Below, in pieces: positions 38,612-50,651 of a stretch of DNA of 64,000 bases. The stretch lies in the NCBI RefSeq assembly GCF_004010195.1, contig NC_057711.1:78401156-78465155 (forward strand), written 5' to 3'. Numbering within the stretch: position 1 is the stretch's first letter; each line of letters opens with the position of its first letter. A program made the position numbers and the translations under genes. This stretch comes from Chiloscyllium plagiosum. Taxonomy: Eukaryota. The notes beneath the pieces are model-generated. The model saw only the letters and a program-made list of their open reading frames with translations, searched no databases and had not been told where the DNA came from.

Positions 38612-41152
38612 CTGCGAGAGGACACTAAAATTTCAGAAATGGGTCTAGGAAAAGTTATTCTTGAGCCATAGCATACTAACTTCCATATAATTTGCACAAA
38701 ATTATTGCCATGGAATATGACTCTACACAAATACTTCTGCATACTAAACAAGCAGCAATTATGCTAATTTATAAAATTAGCAGCACTAAGGATTGTAATG
38801 TAAATTTACAAATACATGCATGTTTTCTTGCATTTCCATTCTGAAGAAATGCTGAATTATCTTTTAACATTATGATCATCATCTCACATACATGTCACAA
38901 ATATTTAGGACAGATGATCCAGTTAAAGGGATCATAAACCAATTGTCCAAGATACAGTTTCAAAAGGTCAAAAATACAATTCTCATTGGAAAACCGAGAA
39001 CACTGTTGCAAACTCCTGTTCACCCCTTGCTCCTTAATACAAAAGGAAAGAGTATGCGGGTATAGTATCAATTGTTGTCTTGCTCAGTACACAAAATACT
39101 AAACTCAAAGCCCAGCTACAACTAGAGGATGGCCAATTTGAACAGGAGGTTGGAAAACAACATCATTTAAATGACTGAATTTCAATCATATTTCCCAACA
39201 TTTCGAATTCATATTTTCAAATGCATCGCACGAGAGAGACTGGGCAGGAGACATTAATAGAAATGCACCACAAAAAAAAGTGACCAGCAATTGCCCCTAA
39301 CTTTTCTATTCTTTCCAATTTCAAAATTAACAAATTACCTCATCTTACAAATAACTCTTTTTCTGAAGTATTCTTTTTTCCCCAAAGGAACGAGAGAATT
39401 ATAACTGAAATCATAATTTCAGAACATTCTGCATTTACCAAGGAGTTTACTTCGTAACTACTGTGTTCTATTAGTGATAACATTTTTACAATGGATTGAT
39501 TTCAGTTTTGAAAGTACATTTGGAAAATCTATATATGGTGAGCTTTTTTAAATTTCACACTGGAAGTTGTTAGAAAAAAGCTGCATTCAGAAGCAGTGTA
39601 GAAAGGTCTTAATACAAACAAAAGTCATTCTTCATTCTTGGCATCCCTCGTTTCTCACTGTATCTGATGAAGAACTTGCAGTTATGTAACCAGCCAGCTG
39701 CAGCACATCCAAAACAGTCAGTAACAAAACAAGAACAATGCGTTCCAAATACTTTCTTCTGAACAACAATTCCAAAATATTTGCTGTGTAACTATGATTG
39801 AGAGATTACAGTAGAATATAGCTGAAATGCCTTTCATTCTAAGATGATACAACCTAGCATTTCTTTCATCAATAAACAGTCACAGTTGTTACCAGACAGT
39901 GAAATATGTTTTTACTTTGAATGTTATTATAAAGTTGTTTCTGAAGAAAGCAAATTAATCTACTACTTATTCTTAAGTTGCCTGCATCCAAGGTCTGTCA
40001 TTAATCAAGATTGCAAGAAGGAACAAAGCAGAAAATTGCAGGCCTGATAGTCTTTCCTTGACTATAAGTGAACACCCAGAGTTCGTAACAAAGTCCTGAC
40101 TGGAGAAAGCATGATTTGTAAAGGTGGGCCAACGTTAGCAAAATTTACTGCTTTGTTTTTGAGCAACCATCACATAGTATATTACTAAAGGGGAAAGGTG
40201 TGATTCCAAAATGTTTAAATTTCAAGTCAAAGTACGAAGTACAATCAGACACTTAAAATGAAAATACGCAACATTAATATAAAATTGTGACTACACAAAG
40301 TCGTGGCAATGGCACAGAAGACAAGTGTAGAGGTAAATCAACATTTTCTAATATATGGACAGCTGAGCCTCCAGAACCTCTCATGGTCCGTTTATGTAAT
40401 AATGTCGTCAAAGGCACAAAAAAATTAAATGCAGCAATATGAAGGGTAAAATACATTGCAAGGAATAATGTAGATGATCACAAAAGAACATAAAAAGGGA
40501 GAAGATGCAGTTCAGCAGAATGAACACTTTGGAAATGAAAAATTAACCACCTCACATGATAATATCTCTATCATGTGACAAGATCTGAGCATTTTGTTAT
40601 TTTGTAATTTCTGCTAGGAAGTGTGAGTAATTTTAGTTCACATAAACGGCTGCCTGCTGTTAATGCACATTATGAGTTTTTCCCCATGCAATACACAACA
40701 GAAAGAGGCAATGAGAACAGGAAGAAATTCTTTTCTCATATGAAATGCGAAATTAAGAGCACTGACACTCTTTGGAAAGTCTAAAGTTGATTTTGTGGAA
40801 GTTTGAGTCATTTGAAAGATTGTTGGATATTCACATTATATTCATGTACCCAGTGATTCAGCACTGTACATGACTGAAAAATGTTACCAAAGGCATATTT
40901 GAGGACAATGGGTGAATTCAACCAATAACAAAGAGATGCAGATAAAAGGTTTTTCTCACTAGATGTGGCCAGGTATTTTTGATTTTTTTTGACGAGCATT
41001 GTCCATGAACCTCCAGTTTGATGAACTATTCTGAAATTGAGGCTCTGAACACAAAAGGCCCGACTAAAAATAAGATTGTGCCACAAGTTGCAATAGGTGA
41101 CACAATACCAATTGTTACAATTCGATTCCCAAATTAAAGAAATTCTCTTGGC

Positions 41153-41250
41153 ATCCTGAAGAAGGGCTCATGCCCGAAACGTCGATTCTCCTGCTCCTTG
41201 GATGCTGCCTGACCTGCTGCACTTTTCCAGCAACACATTTTCAGCTCTGA
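41153..41250 (+). mobile_element. Short PLE pLTR (family 1) beginning with an intact hammerhead motif (41153-41186)
   Basis: ATC-CTGAAGA-A-GGGCTCATGCCC-GAAA-C-GTC-GAT, then tgctgcctgacctgctgcacttttccagcaacac. Confidence 0.85.
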
Positions 41251-41414
41251 GTGAACTGAAGCTGACCCTGGTAGACAGTTCCAGAAAATCAATTGTTCAG
41301 TGCACATCGAAGCTTGTGAAACAACGCGTTATGAAAGTCGTATAAGTAAAATGGCCCATTTTGTTACTTTCTTTCATTTATTCATTAACTGTTGGTCTGT
41401 CTTTCAAGTGAACA

Positions 41415-41752
41415 GGGCGGCACAGTGACTCAGTGGTTAGCACTGCTGCCTCAACGTCAGGGCCCCGAATTCAATTCCACTGCTCAGGTGACCATGCGGA
41501 GTTTGCACATTCTCCCAGTGTCTGTGTGCGTTTCCTCTGGGTGCTCCAACTTCTTCTCACAGTCTAAAGACATGTAGGTTAGGTGAACTGGCCATGCTAA
41601 ACTGCCCGTAGTGTCTCGGTAGATTAGCCAAGGGAAATGCAGGGCTACAGGGATATAGTAAAGGGTGAGCCTGGCTGGGACGGTCTTCACTGGAGAGATA
41701 ATGTGGACTTGATGGGCTGGATAGCTTGCTTCCACACTGTGGGAATTCTATG
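41415..41752 (+). mobile_element. HE1-type V-SINE
   Basis: tRNA-like head, V-domain, tail gggaattctatg. Confidence 0.9.
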
Positions 41753-42229
41753 AAAGCAAATGTTTTGGGTTTAAAACATAGACATTAATCAGATTATCTT
41801 ATTTAACTTTTTTCTCTGTCGAAGGTATTGTCTATTTAATAAATTGCTAACTCTTTTCTTAGAGTGGTGTCTGGAATTAGTTATTTAAAAGTCTAGTTAG
41901 GAATCACTGGTCTAACTATTGAGGGTCCTCAGTTTATTGTAAATACAAGGGTAGAAAGGCTGTTTTGGTTCTCCTGTCTGTCTCCATGTTGTAACACTTA
42001 TAATAGGAACCAGTAACATTACAGATGAAATGGAGGAAGTGCCAAGGGTATGAAAGTGCTTTTTCAGCAAGAAAGATGAATGATAAAATTAAACATCTTT
42101 ATGAAATTAATTTTCATAAATCAGCATAATGTCTACTTTCGCCATATCACATGAATAAGGATTCACTTGCAGCAGTGCTGTGCAATAAGCCTGACTTTAT
42201 AATGAAGCTGAAGGTGCAGGAACCTTACG

Positions 42230-42530
42230 AGGCAGTGATCATAATATGATTGAATTTACTCTGCAATTTGGATAGAGAGAAAACAGAATCAGAGGTCACA
42301 GTATTACAGCTGAATAAAGGCAACTACTGAAGCATGAGTGAGTGAGGAGCTGGGTAGAATTGACTGGGAGAGGAGCTGAGCAGAAAAGACAGTGCAACAG
42401 CAATGGTAGGAGTTTCTGGGAGTAATTCAGGAGACACAGCAAAGAATCATTCCAAGGAAAAAGAAGCATAGCACAGGGAGGATGAGGCAAACATGGCTGA
42501 CTAAGGAAGTCAGGGATAACAGAAAAGCAT
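42230..42530 (+). mobile_element. CR1 ORF2 internal fragment
   Basis: SDHNMIEFTLQF...TVQQQW.EFLG; homologous to 16249-16485. Confidence 0.75.
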
Positions 42531-42532
42531 AA

Positions 42533-43242
42533 GGCGGCACGGTGGTTCAGTGGTTAGCACTGCTGCCTCACAGCACTAGGGATCCAGGTTCATTTCCCGT
42601 TCTTAGGCTACTTGTCTATGTGGAGTTTGCACATTCTCCCAGTGTCTATGTGGGTTTCTTCCCACATTCTAAAAGATGCTGGAAATGTGTTGCTGGAAAA
42701 GCGCAGCAGGTCAGGCAGCATCCAGGGAACAGGAGAATCGACGTTTCGGGCATAAGCCCTTCCTGAAGAAGGGCTTATGCCCGAAACGTCGATTCTCCTG
42801 TTCCCTGGATGCTGCCTGACCTGCTGCGCTTTTCCAGCAACACATTTCCAGCTCTGATCTCCAGCATCTGCAGACCTCACTTTCTCCACATTCTAAAAGA
42901 TGTGCAAGTAAGGTGAATGGGCTATACTAAATTGCCCATAATGTTAGGTGCATTAGTCAGGGGTAAATTAGGGAAATGGGTCTGCGTGGGTTACTGTTCA
43001 GAGGGTCAGTGTGGACTTGTTGGGCCCAAGGTTCTGTTTCCACACTGTAGGGAATCTAAGCTATTCATTTGCAGTCCAAAGATATGTAGGTTAGGTGGAC
43101 TGGCTACATGAAATTGCCCCGTAGTTTAAGTGGATTAGCCATTGTAAGTAGGAGGTTTAAACTAGGGTAGGGTGGGGGGGGTTGGTGTAGACTCGATGGG
43201 CCAAATTGACTTTTTCCGCAGTACAGGAATTTTATGATTCTA
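42533..43242 (+). mobile_element. HE1-type V-SINE (42533-43058) split by a PLE hairpin, followed by a second SINE 3' fragment
   Basis: The V-domain is broken at ccacattctaaaagatg and resumes at 42903. A second partial copy lies at ~43072-43242. Confidence 0.88.
42679..42885. mobile_element. Fold-back PLE pLTR insertion (family 1): perfect 85-bp inverted repeat, 17-bp TSD
   Basis: 42678-42762 is the exact reverse complement of 42768-42852, with loop CTGAA. TSD ccacattctaaaagatg at 42662-42678 and 42886-42902. Hammerhead core at 42763-42790. Confidence 0.95.
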
Positions 43243-43875
43243 TACTAAATTACTAAACATACACAAAATGATATGCTAGGGTTTGCTAGAGAAACTCATG
43301 AGGATGTGGTGCTCACAAATAAAAAGAGGTGATGAGAAATTTGCAAGTATGTTTCACATGTAGAAATGCACAGAGTATAAAATCAAGACAGTCTTCTATG
43401 ATGTTTAAGTGTTATTACTCTGCCAAGATTTAGACATTTTCAGAGGAACATTATCAAACCACAGATGAATTGTCCAAGTTATAAGGTGCTATTTTTCGTA
43501 TCTGAAAATATATAGAAATATTAAAGAATGAACAAGTGATCCAAATCAGATTCAATCCATCCCATGGTAAATGGAGATAACTCAAAGTCAGTAGATGTTC
43601 ATGTCTTTTGAAGTGGAAGGGGAATTTCTTTAAAATGCAAATCACAACAAAATTTCTTCATTTTCTAATTTTAATGCGTTTAATCTATCACAGTGTCATC
43701 AAGGGGACACTCCACTCCTCAATAATTTGCCGTATTGTTTGCGTCTCTCCCTAAGGGAGTTTATGGACACCCCACTGACAGAGGTCAGATGCAAAGGCAT
43801 CTTGGCCTGTACCCAAAATGTTTAGCAAGGATCACTCTCCCTGTGGTAACTTTAAGCATCCCATTCAAACAGATA

Positions 43876-44220
43876 GAATCAAAGAATGTGATGGAACAGC
43901 AATACAGTATGGAAGCAGGCCATTCGCCCGATCAAGTCCACACCAGCCTTCCGAGAAGCATGCCACCCAGACTCAACCCTCTACCTTATCCCTACATTGC
44001 CCATAGGGTCCAGGAATGTGCAGGCTCGGTGGGTTAGCCATGGGCAATTTCGCATGGCCAATCCACCTAATCTGCATATTTTTAGAAACTGGAAAACCTG
44101 AAAGAAACCCACGGAAATATGGGAAGAATGTGCAAACTCCACACAATCAACCAAGGCTGGATCAAATCCAGGTCCCTGGTGCTGTGAGGCAGCAGTGTTA
44201 ACCACTGTGCCACGATTCCG
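43876..44220 (-). mobile_element. HE1-type V-SINE with internal micro-inversion
   Basis: Minus-strand head tggcacagtggttaacactgctgcctcacag and V-domain. 43996-44048 is in the opposite orientation. Confidence 0.88.
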
Positions 44221-44479
44221 CAAATGGCGTTGTCAACAGGATTGTCAATAATGACATTTTAATGATTTCCGACGTTTCCCATCCTTTGATCCAAAGGATA
44301 TTTGCTGGCAATAGAGGTGGATACAAATCAGATGTCATCAGCACTAATGAACTTGAATAGTTGTTCACAAACTATTTCTAAAATATTGCAGAAGTTCGGA
44401 GTTTGCCCTAAAACATGTAACAGGCTACTAACCCTCTTCTCTCTCCTAAAGAGGCATCTCAATTTCTAAAATTTATTCA

Positions 44480-44700
44480 TTCACTTGCTGGACTTGGCAT
44501 GTGGATGTCGCTGGCTGGCCTGCATTTATCACCAATCCTCAGTTACCCTCAAGAAGGTGGCAGTGAGCTGTCTCTTGAACCGCTGAAGTCCATCTGCTAT
44601 AGGTAGACCCACAATCACCTTAGACGGAATTCCAGAATTTTGACCCAGCGACAGTGAAGGAATGGTGACCTATTTCCAAGTCAGGATGGTAAGTGGTTTG
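44480..44700 (-). mobile_element. CR1 family B 3' fragment
   Basis: Reverse of the family-B tail (gcatttat..ccctcaagaaggtggcagtgagctg). Confidence 0.7.
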
Positions 44701-45429
44701 ATCTGCTGCAAAAATCTTCATAACCTAGGCCAAACGCGGTCTGAGCAACTTTATGAGAAGTGTCTGATTTAGTGTCATTATACCTTTCTTCAGAGTCTTC
44801 TGGAAACCACTTTTAATGTTAACCAAATTAGTTGGGTTAACACAGAGGATGTTCTCTGCTTCTGGAGATTTGCACTGCAGGATAAATGCTCAACTATTTT
44901 TAAGTTCTGCATAAAATCTCTTGATAGCTGGCTGCCAATGTGACATCTTTTCTATGTTTTAATATGGTAATTATTATTGCCAAATGCCACATTGTCATGA
45001 GGGAGGAGGAAATGGTGACTCGTGTATAACTGAGCCAGTCAGGTGCAAGTACATGGGCAAGTTGCTACAGGAATTCTGGTGCAATGTTGTTATATCCCAC
45101 TGATTTGCAACATTTCAGTTATAATTTTGAAGGGATCAGGACGATTGTGTTCTGTAGCTTTTCTTCTATTCAGTCAGATGGGGGACAAAACTATTCACCT
45201 GATCTATGTAGTTTTAGTTCCCTTGATGATCACTGTTAATCAGTACAGTGCCTAGTCCTTAATAACTACTTACTTAGACAACACAGGCCACTGCTGATTC
45301 ACATTGTTATTGATGATCAAAAGGCAAAGGGCAAAGTCATGTCTTGATCGAACTTCCATGAAGCAAATTGGCCAATGCACAGAAAAAAACTCAAACCATA
45401 TAATAGGAACTGTGGCCTTATTTTTTATT

Positions 45430-46290
45430 AATTTGTGGGATGTGGGCATTGCTGACTGGTCAGCATTTATTGTCCATCTCTAGCTGCCCTTGAGAAGGTA
45501 ATGAGGAGCTGCTTTTTGAATTGCTACAGTCCTCTTGCAATGGGTTGACGCTCATTGCCATTGAGGAGGGAATTGAAGGATTTTGAGCCATCAGCAGTGA
45601 AGGAAGGGCAAAATATTTCTATGTCAGAAGGTGAATAGCTTGGAGGGGAACTTTCATGTAGTAGTGTCCTCATGTATCTGCTGCCATTGCGATTCTAGAT
45701 GGAAGTAGTCATTGATTTGGAAGGTGCTGTGTGAAGACCTTGGGTAAGTTTCTGCAGTGCACCCTGCAGATAGAACACACTGCTGCTACTGAGCATCAGT
45801 GGTGGAGGGAGTGGATGTTAGTGGATGTAGGCCTTTCAAGCAGGCTGTTTTGTCCTGGATGGTGTCAAGCTTCTTGATATTGTTGGAACTGCACGCACCC
45901 AGGCAAGTGGGGAGTATTCCATTGTACTGCAGACTTGTGCCTTGAAAATGGTGGACAGATTTTGGGGAGTAAGAAAGTGAGTTACTTGCCGCAGTATTCG
46001 TAACCTCAGATCTGCTCCTGTAGCCACTGGGCTTATATGGCAAGTCCAGTTGAGTTCTGATCAATGGTAATCCCCAGAGATGTTGAGAGTGGTGGATTCA
46101 GTGATGGTAACACCAGCGAATGTCAAGAGGCAGTGTTTCGATTGTCTCTTAACTGGTGATGCTCATAGCTTGGCATTTGTGTGGCACAAATGTTATGTGC
46201 CAATTGTTAGCCCAAGCCTGGATATCATCCAGATCTTGTTGCAACTGAACATGCACTACATCAGTATCTGAGTCGTCGCAAATGATGCTG
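45430..46290 (-). mobile_element. CR1 family B 3' fragment
   Basis: ORFs at 45786-46064 (LSTIFKAQVCSTMEYSPLAW; KKLDTIQDKTACL). Confidence 0.8.
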
Positions 46291-46449
46291 AACAACTCTC
46301 TCTTAAGACTATTGATTCATTTACATCCCATACCTTGATGCAAAATGCACAGCACTGTAAAGGAGTAAAAATAATCTGGTGACTATAATATAGCAGATTA
46401 CTCATCAAGTCACTCAATACTGCACCAAATGACAACAGACGTAATATCA

Positions 46450-46575
46450 GATGAAGAGCTTTTGCCCGAAACATTGATTTTCCTGCTCCTCGGATACTGC
46501 CTGACCTGCTGTGCTTTTCCAGCACCACTCTAATCTAGACTCTGGTTTCCAGCATCTGCAGTCCTTGTTTTTACC
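46450..46575 (+). mobile_element. Short PLE pLTR insertion (family 1), 8-bp TSD
   Basis: Starts inside the hammerhead (gatgaagagcttttgcccgaaacattg). TSD taatatca at 46442-46449 and 46576-46583. Confidence 0.8.
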
Positions 46576-46584
46576 TAATATCAC

Positions 46585-47295
46585 TCATGCCAATCAGAAG
46601 TATTGGATGCATTTTGCCATCTTGAAGCAGACCAAAAACCATCAATTGTTCATCATGACCCCAGATCAAATTGCCAGTCAATTGTTGCAAACAGAAAGGT
46701 ACCACTGATTACAAAAATCAATACTTTGCCTATAATGTGAAAGAGAAAGAATACCTTGCTTTGGGCATTAGCTGCAGCAATTAAATAAATGTCGAGTCCA
46801 TGATAAATACCAAAAAATGCCAAATCTATTTATGCTTTGACACACTGGTTTGCAATTTATGATTTGCCAGAAATGTCAGAAAATGGTCCATGCCTATGTG
46901 AAGTAACGTTGAAATATTTAGTTGAGAATGGATTAAAACATGTTTATATCACCACAACAGCCAACATTGAAAGATGGTGCAGAAAAATAATGTACAAACT
47001 GAATAGATTTGGCAGAGGTATTTGCTAGGTGCAAATTGCACAGCCTCCCTTGGATAATTTTCTGTTCTCAGAAAATAACCCCATGGTGTACAACAGTTCA
47101 CTCTACTTACGAGTTAGTATTTAAACATACTCCTGGGATAAGATTTTGTTGACTTAAGCCTGATGCTAATTACAAAGAAAGAAAAGATGAAGACAAAGTG
47201 AAAAATGAGTCATGATACACAAGGAATGAAACTTCGCTCGTTCAGTTCTGGTCAGAAGGTCATGGTCAAAAACCAGCGAGATAAAAAAAAAGGAA
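46585..47295 (+). mobile_element. Decayed Gypsy/Ty3 LTR-retrotransposon integrase remnant
   Basis: WFAIYDLPEMSENGP...YLVENGLKHV...ANIER resembles the F..FGLP..IVSDNGPQF...NGIKH...NG.AER integrase core. Downstream LDNFLFS and LRSFSSGQKVMVKN resemble the Gypsy Pol C-terminus. Confidence 0.6.
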
Positions 47296-47309
47296 TTATG
47301 TGCTGAAAA

Positions 47310-49130
47310 CAACAATTGCCAGAGGGATCTCAGCATGTCAGACACATTCCATAAAGGGAAAGCAAAGTCACGTTTTCAGTCTAGAACATCCATCATGGTG
47401 GATGGGGAGAGGCGGGGAGAGATAGATAGAGGAATAAAAGATATTAATAGTTCAGATTAAGTGACTGGAATGTGAGAATTGTAGAATAATGGTGTATGTC
47501 GCCTGCTAGACTTGAAAGGACACAAGGTGGAATCGGGGAGGGGAGGACATGATAACAAAATAAAAAAGTGCAGAAATGGAGGTGATTCACAACTTAAAAG
47601 GTGTTGTACTCAACATTAAGTCCAAAAGTTGAGATGTTGTTCCTCCAGTTTACACTGTGATTCACTGAAACACTGCAGTATGACGAGAACAGACATGTGG
47701 GCAGGCGAGCCAAATGCTGTGTTAAAACAAATAACTGCAAGAAGGTCAGGGTTCTGTTCGCGACAGACTGGAGGTGTTCCGCAAAGCGGTCATCCAGTCT
47801 GTATTTGGTTTCTCCAAGGTAGAGTAGGCCACATTGGGTAAAGCGAATACAATACACAGGACTTGAGGAGGTACAGACTTTACCTGGAAAGACTGTTTTC
47901 AGAATTGGATGGTGAATAAGGAGGTGGTGAAGAGACAGGTGTTACACCTTCTGTGGTTACATGGGAAGGTGCCGTGGAGAGGAGGGGTGTCATTGGTGGT
48001 CATGGAATGGACTAGGGCTTCCCAGAGGGAATGATCACTGCGAAATGCCGATGGGGGAACAAAGGGAAGATAGGCTTGGTAGTAGCATTCTGCTGGAATT
48101 GTCTGAAATGGCAGAAAATGATCCTATGACTGTGGAGGCTGGTGGGATAAAAATTAAGGACAAGGGGCACCCGATCATGCTGTTGTGAGCGATGGGAAGG
48201 GGCAAGAGTGAAAGTATGAGTGTGATAGGTTGGATGCGATTGACAGCCCTACCAACTTCAGTGGGTGGGAGACCACAGTCATGGAAGCAGAAAGCAATAT
48301 CAGCAGCACAATTTTGGAAGCTGGTAGCATCCAAACACATGCGACCTAGGTGAAGGATCTGGGAGAATGGGATGGAGTCCTTGCAGGATGTGGAGTGTGT
48401 CGAGCTGTAGTGAGGTTAACTATGAGAGTCAGTGGCTTTGTAGTGGTGGCAGTGAACAGTTTACTCCCCAAAATGGAGACAGAGAGATCAAGGAAAGGAA
48501 GGGAAGTGTCGGCAATGAACAATGTCAAAGTTATACAGGGGTGGAAACTGGAGGGAAAATTAAGTCTTTGTGGTCCTGGGAGGAGCACAAAGTGGCAGTG
48601 AAGCAGTCATTCATGTACCAAAACCAAGAGTTGTGGGAGAGGACTAGTCTAAGACTGGATCATTCCACATACTCCATAAAGAGGCAGGCATAACTGAGAC
48701 CCATGTGAGTGCCCACAGCCACTCCTTTGACTTGGCAGAAGTGAGCTGAATTAAAGGAAAAATTGCTCAGTGAGAGAACGTTCAGCCAGACAGAGGAGAG
48801 TGATGGTGGATGGGGATTGTTCAGGCCTCTGCTTGAGGGAGAAGCCAAGAGCTCTCAGACATTCTGGTGAGCAATGGAGAAATATAGGGATTGGATATCT
48901 ATGATGAACAGGAGGCAGTTCGGGCCAGAGAACTGAAAATTGTCAATAAAGATATAGATGGGCAGGGTCTGGAATCAAGGTAGAAGGCAAAGAGCTCAAT
49001 GGGGCAGGAACAGGCTGATATAATGGGCTGACTGGAGCAGTCTGGTTTGTGGATTTTGGGAAGGAGGCAGAAGCAGGCTATCTAGGGTTGGGAGCTGACT
49101 AGGTTGGAGGCAGTGGGAGGTGTAAAGAGT
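47310..49130 (-). mobile_element. Penelope-like element RT + GIY-YIG + pLTR fragment
   Basis: QVKGVAVGTHMGLSYACLFMEYVE, LPFLDLSVSI, YCIRFTQCGLLYLGETKYRLDDRFAEHL; frameshifted. Confidence 0.9.
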
Positions 49131-50498
49131 TTAGGTGCTTCCATATTTCCAGAGAAAATCGGAGAGGGGTTCAATAACATGTAGATCATTTGTCTGCAAG
49201 AGGGAATCTGACAAACGGAGAGCAGAAGAAACCTCCTAGAATTCAAATTCCTTCCACAGAACAAAGTGGAAACCAGCAAATAAATAAGTCAAGCAGAAAC
49301 TGAAATTTTGTCGGCAATGCAGGTCCCAGTGGTACAGTAATGTAAATCAGGGTCTCTGATGAAGTCAAATCAATTGATGTCAGAGCCCTAACCATTAACT
49401 CGAGTGTACAAAGAGCAGGGTGTGGGGAGGATTGGCACACTCCTGCTCTTAATTTATATGTATGTACTTCTTGTCACATGACATTTCAGTTAAATACAAA
49501 CTTGGGCTATTGAATTTTTTTAAATGTAAATTATTCTGGTAAATTTTGTCCTGTTCAGATTACAGTAAAACTAAATATGCAAACCAACCTGTTAAATTTC
49601 CAGCATTGGTATTGTACTTTTCATCATACTTTATTCTAGGAATCTACGTTATATTAATTTACCATGTTGTGAAAAAAATTACCTGTACCAAATGGGAAAG
49701 AAATGCAATATATTGCAAGATCTGACCTACATTGCACTCCCCTTGTGCTCTGTGTTGGGGAATTTTAAATAAAGTTCAATATTGGCTACCTAGAACTGAG
49801 CTTGCATTAATCATTGTACAATGCATAACCAATATACTTAAGAGTGGAAGAAAAGGGAGATCCACGTGCAGATATACATAGATTTACAAAAGTGACAGAC
49901 ACTTTGCATTCAGCAAATGGGGAATGAATATGCATGCAAGGAAAGATGCATTCTTTAGGTCATAGTTGAGAATGCTGGATGCAAATCAGTGCATTCCATT
50001 TCTGATAATTCTAGTGAACATGCTTCCAAGAATGACATATGCTTTATCAACGAAGAGACAGATAAACAACTTTGTCATGAAATAGAACGTTAAGGGGAGA
50101 TTTGAAGGATAAATAGTCAAACACCGCTTCCAATGTTTGATGAATTTCACACAATGAGGAAAATACTCTGTAATTGCAAGAACAAAGGAGGAAATTATAT
50201 GCTTTTCACACTACCATTACTTTAGGCATATTTTAAAAGCAACATCAAATGTTTCACAAATGAGCCGAATGGAACCAGATGAAAAGCTGGTGTGGGTATG
50301 ATGAGTAGTACGATCTTTGTCAGTGCTATAAATTTTTGATTTTACTAATCTTATAATTTTTTGACAGATTTTCACTGGTATGCAGATTCAGCAAATACAT
50401 AATGAGGAAACAATCTTGCTCTACCAGTTTCTTCCAAATGGCGAGCACCACTAGTCGAGTAGGCACAAATACATGACCAGCTTGCTTTTGTCAGAATA

Positions 50499-50651
50499 TG
50501 ACTCAGATGTGCCTGTGTCAGATTTGGTAAAAATCACAGAATACCAAGTTATAGTCCAACAGGTTTATTCCACCTGATGAAGGAGACACACTCTGAAAGC
50601 TAGTGTTTCCAAATAAAACCATTGGACAATAACCTGGCATTGTGATTTTTA
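50499..50651. mobile_element. Short fold-back PLE-derived element (family 3), 14-bp TSD
   Basis: Inverted arms around a central hammerhead. TSD cttttgtcagaata at 50485-50498 and 50652-50665. Confidence 0.8.
50571..50605 (+). ncRNA. Minimal type-I hammerhead ribozyme motif (family 3), intact core, CUA triplet
   Basis: CAC-CTGATGA-A-GGAG-ACACA-CTCT-GAAA-G-CTA-GTG. Stem I CAC/GTG; palindromic AGCT stem III. Confidence 0.65.

Noticed and set aside
49349..49389. agggtct-CTGATGA-A-GTCAA..TTGAT-GTC-agagccct hammerhead-like hairpin
   Set aside because: It lacks the essential GAAA; at most a dead remnant.
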